NCBI GenBank assembly: GCA_002633005.1
Contig: NMRA01000386.1
Span: 262,032-326,031, forward strand
Length of the DNA stretch: 64,000 nt
Direction of reading: 5' to 3'
Source of the DNA: Phoronis australis
Lineage: Eukaryota > Animalia > Phoronida
Shown here: positions 13,514-26,700 of the stretch, piece after piece
Layout of the letters: each line of letters opens with the position of its first letter
How positions within the stretch are numbered: position 1 is the stretch's first letter
Position numbers and translations under genes: made by a program
Notes under the pieces: model-generated
The model's database searches: none
The model's input: only the letters and a program-made list of their open reading frames with translations
Told to the model about the DNA's origin: nothing

Positions 13514-14741
13514 ACGGAACGGGCACGCCAAGGTAGTCTCTCATACAGGTCCTTGACTCCTGGAACCTTCCATGCGCGCGGTCAGGCCTTTATGCAGCGT
13601 ACGTCCTGGGCGTTTATTTGGATGCCCTAGCACTAATCTGGAGGCCCTGGCAAGGAGGCCCAATGTATCATTTGGACGCCCACTGTCAATAGGAACCTTT
13701 CAAGTTTGGACTCACACACTGTAATGAATACGCAAAAGGTACCCGCTCATCCAAAACCTTTACGGCAAACAGATGGCGCTGGATGCAATGATGCTTCACT
13801 AACAGGCAGCGCTGCTTACAGTCATGTGACATTCTTGTATGAACTGAATCTTGACCCAGCACCTTGACCTACATTCTACAGCTGCTGATGTCACATCGCC
13901 GTTGTGACAACGTGACATGATGAGCTCAGTGCTTTACTCTTCGTTTATACCGTCAGCTGTTCTTAATCATGGCCACCAACATGTTCATAGTGCATGGTTC
14001 AGTTCGTTAAATAGATACTATATAAGTTGAAACCACTCTCTTTTGCCTTAGTGTTGATAGAACATAAAATATTACAGACATTTCTACTTGGTGAACCATC
14101 ATCAGCTGCCGTGCCGTGCCACGGCCAGTCCGGTCTGCTGGGCTCAGTGTTGTTGGCTAACAAGACACTGAACGAAAAAGAAAATATCGCAAGGGAATAA
14201 AACCTAACATGTATATCACCATGTANTATTTGATCTATATGCGATAGATTATACATTACTCAACACGCAGCAGGTGCTTAAATAAACAACTGGTGTTGAA
14301 ATGAAAGCTGGATGTTTATCGTGGAAACATGTTGTTTTGCAGTATGAAATCAATCAAATTTTTCACTGGACATGGTCAGCTAAATGCACACTAGGGTATG
14401 CTGGCTTGAGAAATAATTTAGGGATTGATTTTTTGACATAAGAGCCCATTTGCCCTTCGAGAATTTGAAACATTGGCATTGGCTTCGTTGCTTTGTTTTT
14501 TTGAAGTGAATGTAAGAATTTTCTTACCAATCTAAGGAAGTGAGGCTTAATAATTAGCAAATGGAAATTAAGAAACTTATGAATAAAGTAATCATTTTAA
14601 TGACTATTCAAGATTCCTTGTTGGTATGTTCAACTTCCTACCGATTTCTGTTTGAATCTGGAAAGCATGCCCTAATAAATTCTCGAGTTAGAAATAATAT
14701 GATTGCGTTATTCTAACTTTGTGGATGTTTTTACCTTACAG

Positions 14742-17700
14742 AGCCTCATGACTGGTCTTATGTACAACCGTCCTACAGACCACATCTCTTACCTTCAAGA
14801 GTGCTTGGGCATGATCAAACAAGAAGGCCTGGAAAGTGTTCGTTGGAATGCCTTCATCCAACTGGAAGCCTCCAAGAGCAAAAGTCCTCTACCACCAATT
14901 CCCACTTCGAGCGTTGGAAAGACCCCTTCAGAGGGAGTTACACCAGGTCGGTGATTAGGTCATTATGGTGTAATTAAGTCAAAGCACTGTAATTAAGTCA
15001 CACCTTCTTGGTGATTAGGTGCCTAGTTTTGATTATCTTGTGTAAACCTTATCTACTCCAAAGGGGTTTTGTGGGTTACCATGGTGACCCTTGAAATGGA
15101 TGTATATGTGAGTTGATGATTAATTGTGCTTAGTTAATTCTAGAGATCGTGCTATTGTGTAATTGTGCTAAAATAACGATCAGTTGAAAGAAATTACTCA
15201 TCGTAGAGAATAATATGTTAGTTTAATTCTTTTGGTGGAATGACATCTTGTCTTGTAATGTTGTTAAAGTAATGTTTGTGAAGCCTTTGTTTAAAAAAGT
15301 GCTCAAAATAATTGAATTTCTTGTTAGTGGAGGATGAGCTACTTGGTGTGTTGTTTATGATGTTGTTTTGAAAATAGTTATTTCACCATAGCTTACTTAT
15401 CTTTCATTACAACTTGGTAACTTTTCGTAAAAAACCCAGTAAATTCTTGCTTTTTCATTAGACGAAACCGGATATTCTGATGAGCCTTTGGAAGCTAAAG
15501 GTTTGAAAATTTAATTATAACAATTATTATAATTATAACAATGCTGTTTTATAATTTTTTCACATTATTGATTATGATAGGTTAGAATTAAAAGACACTC
15601 TTATCATGTTAGTAAACATTTTTGTTCACGTCATAGACTATCAAGTTATTATAATAGATTTTAGTGTAGTAAACATTTTTGAGTTGTTGATTATAATTCA
15701 ATGAATTATTCGCATGTACCAGGTTTTACTGACCTTTCAAAACTATTGTTGTTTTTATTTTGTTATGTTCACAGTATTTTATTTGTTTTGTCTGTGATAA
15801 TAAATGCATGCACTTTCATTTTGAGATCTTCTTAATTATAAAAGATAGTGTTTACAAGTAAACCAAAAGTTTTCATGGCAACGTTGTTAATTCTGCTGCT
15901 GTAGAAACATTTGTTTTATTTGTAAAATTCACAAATTCTTTTTCTTGTGTTATACTATGTGTCTTTGTCTAAGTATTTGACTCGGTGTTTCATGTAAGAA
16001 TTACCAATATGAAGGTTGATTATAGCAACACCCTGTGTGAACAGTGCAAGTCATAATTTATTTTTTAACTGAATTATGCAAAACCCATGTAGTATTTACG
16101 GAAGTCTCAACGTCTTATTTAGTTAGGCAAGAATTTTAATTAGTATAATTCCCAAATCAGCTTCTACAATGAAACTCTGCATCAAATTGTGAATTATACA
16201 AATTTAATCAATACATGTTTCTTTGTCATAGCAAGAAATCGACTAAAACACTAGGGATACTTCATCCGCATGCATTATAATCTTCCAGTACTAATTACTA
16301 TCGATTTCCATCTATTTTAGAAGCTCCTACCCAAATGAAGCGCACTGCACCACTGCCACCTATTGGTCAGACAACACAACAAGCAAACACCTCAATTTAC
16401 AACATTCCACAATGCCCTATAATGTTTGTGATGGGTAAGTTATAGAGATCAAGATTAGGTGTACGCACTTTTCGTTGAAATTGCCGTTAAAGTAACTGCC
16501 CATTAAGGGACTTCTCAAAATAACTTTTTGAACACAATTTTAACTTGTGAAATTTTATATTTTGAAATTTGGTGATCACAGATATAGGCATCAAGTACAT
16601 GGAAAAACTGCTGTGGAGTTTATTGCATCTCTGTATTTTCCTAAACAGGGATGCCCAGAACTTTAGTTGTTCACACTGAAATTGCTAATTCTTGGTTTTT
16701 GTTAAATGTCAAAAGTTGCAAAACATTTCTAGGATTTTCTGTAAATGCCAGCGCAAGAACCCTGCTGTCAAAACCGAGATTTCACCTACCAATGAACGGG
16801 TGTGTGCCTTGCATGGGCATTATGTTGGTCTGCATTATATGTTTCCATGGTCGTCAAGAATTTTATTTAGTCGTTTTCGTGGGTTGATAATTTGTGTCTC
16901 AAGGTATTTGAGAAGACCCAGAGTTTAGGTTACAATGATAGCCTTAAGTACCATTACACACGAGGCGTGTAATAAAATACTTCTCTAAGGCGGAGGCTGA
17001 AGAATACCACGCTACAGATGCACATTGCTAATGAATGACTTCAATCTATGGTGCATGCCAAAAAATGGACAAAATTACCTGTCATGATGGCAGAGTGCAA
17101 GCAGAACTCCCAGTGATGACGTCTGAGTGCCTGCAGAATTCATGATCAGCATAGCTAGTCATTACCCGTCATTACATGTCATCACCCGTCGTGACGTGTC
17201 ATTATCTGTCGTGACGGGCGAAATGGAATATTTTTCTGATTGCTTTTGGTGTCTACTGTATTATGTATGTTTTGCACCTACAGTTTGATGACATCATGCA
17301 TTACAATAAACAAATTTGGACTCGATGTCTTATTGCATATACAACAATGTGACAGTTCGGTGGATGTGCAATTAAACCAATTTCAGTCAAAAATATTTGC
17401 CAAAGTTGCCCTTTTCAGCGGTTTCAAATCATGTTTCTGTTAATTTTCTACAATTTTTTTAAATATCTGGCGGTTAGCTGTGGTATTCATATTTCAGAGT
17501 ATTTTTTAACATTTTTGGACACCCTAAACTTCGAAATATTTATTACGGGATGGTGTTGCATGAGTGTCCTCAAGGATATGCATTAGGTCTGAGTGTAACC
17601 CTGGGTTAGAGCCTCTTCAAACAATGTCATTTTTCAAAACACGAATGCGAGTTGCTGCGATTTGTACAAATAACGTTAAGTTAACTTTGTATGTCTGAAA

Positions 17701-20700
17701 TCCAGCAGTGTAGCAATTGTTAAGAACTGAGTTACGGTGCATGGGATGAAGGATAGAGGTTGTGAGAAACAAAACACATAAATGAGAAGAGCCTGCACAA
17801 AGTCTGCTTCTGGGAACCTAGGGCAGGTCATGAAAGAGAAGGATTGTCTCCCCTGCATTCATCCAAATTATAGACCCTCCTACGGGTCTGTATAATGATT
17901 TCAATGATTTATATCTAGGTGGACCTGGCAGTGGCAAAGGCACCCAAATCAAAAGACTCCTTCAGCGTTATGAGGGCTGGGTGTTCCTGTCAATGGGAAA
18001 CCTCTTGAAGAAGGAGATCGCGGGAGAGGGGTCATCCTCGGACAAGTGGACTGAGATTCTTAATCTTGTGAACAATGGGGAACTCGCACCACAGGTGGGT
18101 GGTAGAGATAAGCGAACGACTTTAATGTATGTGCTTTGAGTGGCAGTGGGGCTTTTAAACAGTACTCGAATTTTCTCGCAAGAACCAGTAAATTTGCTTT
18201 TTCCTAATAAAACAAAGGTCGATTTATTAGGGAAGTGATTGGGAAACAATAAACAATAGACCAAAAAAGAGAAATTTTCCAACTGTATATCGTCATGACC
18301 GTTAAGTTTACGTTCATCATGTAGCAGTTGATTCACTGCAATATGAAACAAATCATTTAGGAATCAGCATAGTAGTGGGGTTTGTTTTGTGTTGTGCTCT
18401 TGTTCTTTTAATTCTTGCTTCATAAAAATTTGCCCAGAATTATACTATCCAGAGTATACCCTAACAATGATTTTTGTGCCTCTAAAGTGATAATTACCTC
18501 CATCTTCAACAGGATGTCGCGTTGGATGTCCTTGGCAACGCCATGGCACAGAATCAGTCGGCAACAGGGCTTATTGTTGAGGGGTTCCCGCGGTCTATGC
18601 CACAGGTGGACTTGTACAATCAGAAGGTAGGCTAATTTACTGACAATAATGGTTGTGGGGGCTGTAATTATACAGGCTTGGTGGTCTGAAGAGTGACTGT
18701 CTGCACATTTTATGTAAACACGTTTGTGCTTTATCAGTCAGTATTCGAGATATCATGTCATCCTGAAACTTAAAGGTACAGCTAATTTAACATTTTGTCT
18801 AATTATTGTAACTTGCATTTTTTGCCATGAATTCTTCAAGCATTTTCGCTTGGTAATTAGAAAAGTTCAGTGAAAGGTAGCAGTTTTTAAGCCTAAGATC
18901 AAACAAAATGAATTTAAAGGTTGTACCGTTTCATTAATTTTTTACTTCAGCTCCAAATTTGGGAATTTTTTAGTAAAAAGTGCGTATCTGCCAAATGAAT
19001 AGTATTTTGATTATTATTGTCATTATTATTATTTAGTAATTATTCTATCCTGTTGCAGATTGGCCGTGTTGACCTCGTGATCATGATCGACTGTGAAGAA
19101 GGTGTGTGTACGAAGAGGCTCTTAGACCGCATGAAGGACGGGGGTCAAAGTCAGAGTAGTCTTACCAGAATAGCCAGTCGCATTGATCGATTCAAGCAGA
19201 CGTTACCGGTGGCCAAATATTTCGACGATCTGCAAAAAGTTGCAGTGGTGAGATTTTTGCTTGATTTGTGCACTCGGCTAAGGTTTTATATTTGAATTTT
19301 TTAATTTTTTTATTAAAAATGTCAGTCAGTCTCTGTAGATTGTTTTGTTAAGTGTTTGCCTGGGTTTTTTTTGGAATACCGTGGAATTTGATGCAAAATA
19401 ACAGCAAAATGCAACCAAGTCCAAAAGCTGATTATTACAATAATTAAATGATAACAATTTGCCTTTGACTTGAACAATAATGTCAGAGACGGGTTATAGT
19501 TATAATTATATATTAATGCAATGTTGACGCAGCTGGTCAGACAGTGTTTGTATTTATGGCTAAAAAGGGTCAACAAGCTTTTCAGGAACATAAAAGTTGT
19601 CAAATTGAAAAACCTCTTTCAGAAAAGGTGGTATTGGCTACTTCAACTATCAAAACAATTTAAATGTAATTGTAATTATTTGTGTTAGTGGTTAATTGTG
19701 ACATAATTTTCATCATTTTGTGTTGGACAGATTTTTACACAGTAACATCCTCTGAATACTTATCCTTGGTTATAAATCGAGTCATTGATACATGTTACAG
19801 ATTGAGGGTGACAAAAAAGCAGACTCTGTGTTCTACGATCTGTGTTCTGTGTTTGAGCATGTCTTCTACAATCCCAGCATCCCGGTCCCCCTAGGTATGT
19901 TTGAGTGTTTCTCCAAGATGGCTCTGTGTTCTGTGTTTGAACACATATATTCTAGTTAGGGTAAAGTTATCTTTAATTTAGAACGCAATATCAATAATGG
20001 CGGAATGTTGAAATTTTATTTTTATCAAAACTTTCAACAAAAATGAATAGAAGAAAAGTGTAGTCCTATCATTTGTTGTAAGTGTTTATTGTACAGCAGT
20101 GTAGTCAAGAAACACAATGGCATTTGGCATTTTTAACAATGTAGTGAGCTTTCCAAAAATGGAAAAACGAGGATTTTGACAATTTTATTCAAATTTGAGG
20201 AAACTTCATGTTTATGTGTATCTTGTCTAATGTCATCTCTTTATCATAACTTAAAAGCTGGCTGTAAAGCTAATGATATTATGGCTTTGACTAATTATTT
20301 AGTGACAGATTAGTCACATTTTAGTCAACTAGTTTCTAACCCATAGAGTAGGAGAGCTAATTTCTAGATGTGGGAAGAGCTTGCTCTACATTTGCTTGAG
20401 GTGAGCGGCTCAAGCTTGGCCTCAAGCAATAGCAAATTCCAAGCCCTCAAATCACATCCAGCCTGAGTGATACATGATATGAATGGAAATTATTCACTTT
20501 TTTGAAGGAATGCCTTTTTAGGCGCAGCTTTCAGACAAGTAATTTTATATGTCTCCTAACCATTTCTCCTTGTCAGAATTGGAATCCACAGTTTTGTAAC
20601 GCTGCTGTCTTATAAACCTGTTTGCTTGGTTAGTAATCCATGTCTATTTCACTTTTGAATTATGTGCCCTGTCATATACCATACCCCTTTGGATTCAGAC

Positions 20701-23700
20701 TGCTCTTGGCATTCAAATCGAGAAGCAAGAAAATCGTTGTTCTGTTGGCGTTAAACTGAACGCGATTAATGTGGTTATTAAAAAGGGAAATTTCTAAAAA
20801 TTTTAGTGTGTGTTTACCCAGATGAATAAACCAGTTTCGTAACTCTGGATTTCCCTTTCTTGTTTCACCTTATGTGCATGTCTTGACACCTATAGGCACT
20901 TTCAAGGGTACTGTTGATTTCAGAGGTAGGCTTTTCTAAATTTGTGACAGTAAACCAGCCACTGTTTTGTTCTGCTTGATTCCGTGTGCTGTCATGACAG
21001 TCACGCTTACAGTGGTTTTTAACTTGAAAAAGGTTGACTATACTTCATTTCCTTAAAAATCAGCAAAATTTCAAAGTAAAATATTTTGGATAATTTTAGT
21101 TTGATACTTTTCGTCTGTTTTTCCTTCTCGATTTCCATCTTAATTTCAACAGATCCAGATGAGCTTGGATGAAATTCATCAACCTTTTTGAAGTCTGTTG
21201 TAGCTTATACTATTGAAATGGCATAAAATGTTTAAATATCTTTTACGTGTATTTGCCAATTTACCAGTCAGTAGAAATTACTTGTTAATGACACTGCTGA
21301 TTTATGATATAATCAGTAAAGTCTGTTAAAGATCTCAGAATACCTCAATCACTAAGAAATTCAATATTTTAAAATACAGCATTTCACTTTATCAACTAAA
21401 AAGCATCATAAACTGATTTAGTAAAGGGAAATGTAATAAAAATTTCCTTAATTTAGGACATTTTCTGAATGGCACTAAATGTGTGAACATAGACTGTTAC
21501 CCTTATTGCTTCCTGTGTACTGCAATTACTTCATTAAGATGTCGTTGAATGTATGAGAGCTCTCTGTTATAGGAGGTAGTATAAAGTTCCCGAAGCCACC
21601 ACCACTTCAGCGGCCATCTTCCCCGGGTAAACGACCGCGGAGTCGAGGCAAATCGTCTGGAGCTCGGCCCATCTCTGGCATGGAGAAAGTGCAGAGGATA
21701 GAGATATCTGTCAAAGACACGGGAAGATGCGCGGGTATCCCAGAATGCCCTATTTTCTTCCTGATGGGTGAGTGACAGATTGAGTTGGTGATGGTGGCAC
21801 ATGTTGAAAGCATTGTTTTCCCCAAGGCTTGTGTTTCAGTTTTATTAGAATTCAGTGGTGCCAATGCGCTTTTCTATTAGGAAAACTCAATGAAACCAGT
21901 CTTACTGATCTATGTTAGAACAAAATGTTAAGACATGTCTGCCTGAGCGAAAAATGCAGGGGTTCAAAGCCACACCCCATTTTCCACCCAAGTTGGGCTG
22001 GTGATGTTATATAAGTCGGTGTATATGCAGCCTGTGCAATTCTCAGGCATTTTTGAATATGAACTTGTTATACGATCAGGGTAATTTAATCACTAAGTTC
22101 CAGACAAATGTGCTCAGGGGAGTCTCTCCATGGCTGAATTACCACTGTGGTAATAATTAACATGCATTGTGGGATACTCCTAAAACTTATGGTTCTTGAT
22201 TTGCTTTCATTTTGGGCTTAAAGGAGGAAGTAGTTCACATAGTGGCTTAAATTTTGTGGATGATTGTAAATCATGGGTGCTGTGCACATGTAATTACAGT
22301 AGGCCTTTTGAAATTGACACGCGATGTCCAGTGAAAGTAGTTCTTTGTGAACCCTGCTCTTAGTCATACAACTGTCCCTGTTGAACTGTGTAACTAAGCA
22401 CTGCATAATAAAGAGTTTATGGTATTCGGGGTTAGAAGATTAATTGTTTGATTACCCCATTTGGATTCTGAATAGTTGAGCCTGGAATGTATACCAACAT
22501 TGAATTTTCATTGTCTGTTCAATCAAGATGTTTTTTTCATATGAATTTGGTTTTGCAACCTTCTGATAAACTGCAATGTATCGCATTGACCTCCAGTATA
22601 ACTGACAGCTTCTGCAAGCTTGTGAAAACTAACATCAGTATAGACGATGAAAACTCCCTCTGGTGTGGTTTTTAATAACATTCGTAAATTTTTTACGTAA
22701 AATTTAAAACTTAATGTTGTCGTCAGGTGGCCCCGGTAGTGGCAAAGGTACGCACGCAGCTCGACTGGTGGAACGGTATCCAGGGTTTGTACACTTGTCC
22801 ATGGGCGACATCTTGAGGCGAAATATCTCAGAAAAGGGATCAGCGGAAGACAAGTGGTCTATGGTGTCGAGTCTGGTACAGAAAGGCGAGATGGCGCCAC
22901 AGGTATGGTTAAGCGTCATACTTGAGCTAAACATTACAGATGCAGTCTGCTTCTCCAAGTGGTTGTAGCAAGCAGTGATTAGTCTTGTGGTAAAGGTGAG
23001 GCTATGTAGAGTGCATGCCGAAAAGAATCGGACAAAATTGTGTATTATGTAAGCGGAAGTGCACACCATGATGGCTGAGTGCGAGCTTCTGGAATTCCGC
23101 AATAGAGTAGCTGGAATGACCTGTCATAACCCATCATCTTATGATGGGAAATGATATTTTGTACGATTACGTTTCGCCAGTACTGTATTCATGACCAGGC
23201 TCTTTAGCCTAAGCGGTCTTTGTGTTCTGAACTGGATCAGTACAGCAACTATTAATTATTACAGACCTGATCAGTGTTACCAGGTGTTGCTGACTGGATT
23301 GGAGCATTGATCTGGTAGTCACTGAAGTTGTTGACTATTTGAATTTAAATTTAGCCCTCAATGATTGTACAGTAAATTGTAAATCAACTATGGGAACTGT
23401 TACATGTTGCTTCAAAAGACCATTACTGCCGCTTTGTTTTATTTGAAAGCCTCATAAGATGATTTGTAACACAAAATTAATTTTTGGATTGTTTTCAAAA
23501 TAAAAGGAACTTTGGAATTTTAGATTTTCTTTGTTTAATTTCTGAATAATTCTAATTCTGTTGTCAGACACTAAAATACACTTTGGATTGAAAGTTACGA
23601 AATGCTTTTAAAGTAATACTTTTTGATTGAGAAAACTTAAAAAAGCAAATTAAGTGAAAATATTTAAAGAGTAAAGCTGATTTGCCAAGGGTGTCTTGTT

Positions 23701-26700
23701 GATCTTCATTTTGAATTGTTTTCAAGATGACATAATTGCTCAATCTCTTGACTGGTGGCAGCCTTGTCACTAACGTTTACTTTACAACTGACAGTGTCCT
23801 CTTTATTTCCTGCAGAACGTTACAGCCGATCTGTTGATTGAATCTCTCAGGAATCACCCCTCGGCGACAGCCTTTGTCATCGAGGGTTACCCTCGCACTA
23901 AGGAACAAGTGGAACAGTTCTACACAATAGTGAGTAATTTGTACACTTCAACACTGCAGGCAGTCTTTTATTATTTTGATGAAGCATGCGAATGCGGATT
24001 TAACAGTTAATTCTTGATGATCTAATGTGAAAGTGGGGGAGCATTGATTAAGTGTGATCTTTTCTGGTCATAAACAGTCAAATAAGATCATACTTAATCA
24101 AGGCTCCCCAACTTTCATGTTAGATCAGCACCGAGAACATGTAAAAGAGGCATTAAACATAAACTTTATAGAATATGTTAACCTTCGCAAACTTTTTCAA
24201 GAAGAAACATTACACATTTAGGTTCTAAAATCATTTAAAAATCAGTGCACTTATGATGAACTGAAATAACAATCTAAATTAAAAGACTTTGACTTATAAT
24301 TGCTGACTGATGATAATGTTTCATGACTTCATTAGGAATCTCCACGTACAATAGACTTTTTTTGAAAAATGTTAATTACGAAATATACAATGCACAATAA
24401 TTGAAGTCAAGTCCGTAAAGTGTTAATGCATTATTTCTGGATGTAACATAGACATATTCGGTAGGCAGTGCAAACATGTCTGGAATTTCAGGATTTGGGG
24501 GTAGCATTCTATATTATAGAAAAACTCATTATGGAAATAGGAGTTGGAAAATTTGGAATTTTTTATTCTGCTAATGTTTAAATTTGATAAAAATGATACA
24601 TGAAATTATAATTTTTGGTCTTTTGACCTGCACACTTAATCTCTGACATTTCCATCAGGTGGGTGGACTTAACATGGCTGTTCTTCTGGACTGTGATGAG
24701 TATTATATGCATCAGAGGTTAACGGAGCGACAACAAAAACAGGAGAGAATAGATGACAACGTGCACGCTATCAACAAAAGGATATCGTTTTTCAAATACA
24801 ACACGCTACCTGTTGCACACCACTTTGATGTTCTGGGAAAACTTGTTGTGGTAAGTGCCAGATCCTAAATGCTTCCAGTGGTTGTTTCTAACAATTCTAT
24901 GTCACATGTACAAAAATGTGTCGCATTCATCCATTAAAGCCCACCAACACTTATGTTATTAGTCGATATTGCTGAGTTCAAACTGTAATGCATTTCTACT
25001 CCATTCAGTTCATGATATAACTAGGAATGCTTTCTCGTGCAGACCTCAAACTCAACTGAACTCGATATACTTTATTTAGTCCATGCTAGTATTACTGTTC
25101 AAATTAGGTACGCTAACTTGTGTTTTTACAAAGCATTCAGGTGCTACCTCACATTTCCCAACTGGTAAATACGGAATATTTCTTACCAGTTGATAATACA
25201 ATAGGCACTTATTACAGCACCTGAACTTTTGCGTCCATCTTTTTTGTTTGAAGATTATGGAAATGAGGTGGATGTCAGTGTTAATTGCTGCGTGTTCCTT
25301 GAAACATTTTTTCCCAACTATTCTAGAAAGTGCAGACTATAAAAAGTAAATCTGTCATTGAAGATTGAACTTTTTCATTGCTTTGAATGGCAAAAATTAG
25401 TCAACTACAACAGAAGAAAAGAGAAATAATTTCTATTGCAACTTCTGTTCTTTTGTTGATATGGCCTGACCTCTATTGTGTAACCTGCCTGGGCAACGTC
25501 ACAATGACGCGATTCAACTCGTCACCACTTAATCTGAGTGATCTTATTATGGTAATTCTTCAAGTATTCAGTACACAATACAGCTGACAAGGGAAATTCT
25601 GTTTTGCAAAATTTGTCCACAAATTGAAGATTAGCAGGGTTTGTACTCTTGTATTAGTAGATATCAATTTAAACAACTGTCGCTAAATTTTCCATTACCT
25701 GCTTTGAATTAATCAGTTTTAGAAAAATGGAAAGGTAACAAATTCGGAAATTGCGGCGTCCCTAGTTTACGAACTAAAATCCCCATTTATTTTCAATGGA
25801 TTAGAAGGACTCTGTTTTTACTATTATGTTCTTTAGAAAATTTCATGGGTGAAGCAGAAGCTCATAATAAAATAATAGGAAAAACTTGCATCTGTGAGTA
25901 AAGAATGCCACAACATGCAAAAGATATAAAGAACTTGGACCTTATTTGGTACTGTTTTTGTTTTTGCAGCCAAGCACGTCTGATTCTGTATCTGTCTTAA
26001 TATATGAAATCAATATGCAATGTCCTAAAAGGGCCCCCAGTTTGTTTTTGTGTTTGTTTGTCTTATGTTTTTATCCTGCCAGATGATTCAGTCTCACCAC
26101 TCCAACTAAAATGATCCACAATGTATTTCTGTTTCCTGTGTTACAGGTAAACGGTGACAGGGACGTAGAGGAAGTGTTTTACGAGTTGGCCAACCTGTTT
26201 GATTACATCTACAAGGGTGCACAGGTAAGCATTGGGTTTTACCTGAATGAATGTCAGTATGGTTATCTCCAATTTGCTCACAAATCATTGCCAAAATTAT
26301 GTGCCAAAAATTTTAAGAATAATTTAATTTTGTGTTTTATGTGAAGAGCATGCTGTCAATGAAGTAAAAAGTTATTTGTTGTCGAAAAAATGTGACAATT
26401 AATTTTCTCTGGAGTTGGGCTAAATTGGAGGACGTACTTGTTCAACTGAGGTGGTGTTTTCAGATAGTTAACTTTCAAGATAGAAATCTCTAGTGTCAGG
26501 GGTGATTGTGAGAAAGTGGCTCCCCCTCTGGAGTGAAAACTAATTAAGAGATATGTAATGAATGAATGGCACTTTGGTACTTATTTCTCTCAACAGACTG
26601 AGCCAACTAATGTATTTATAAAAGCTGGGCATTAATGTTGGTTTAATGGCTGAGTGTGTAATGTATCACAGATAGTAAGGACTGTGTAATGTACCATGGA

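Noticed and set aside
14070-14115. Hammerhead-like CTGATGA...GAAA on the minus strand (Penelope-type)
   Set aside because: Extra bases before GAAA and no correctly registered stem I/III; at best a decayed relic.
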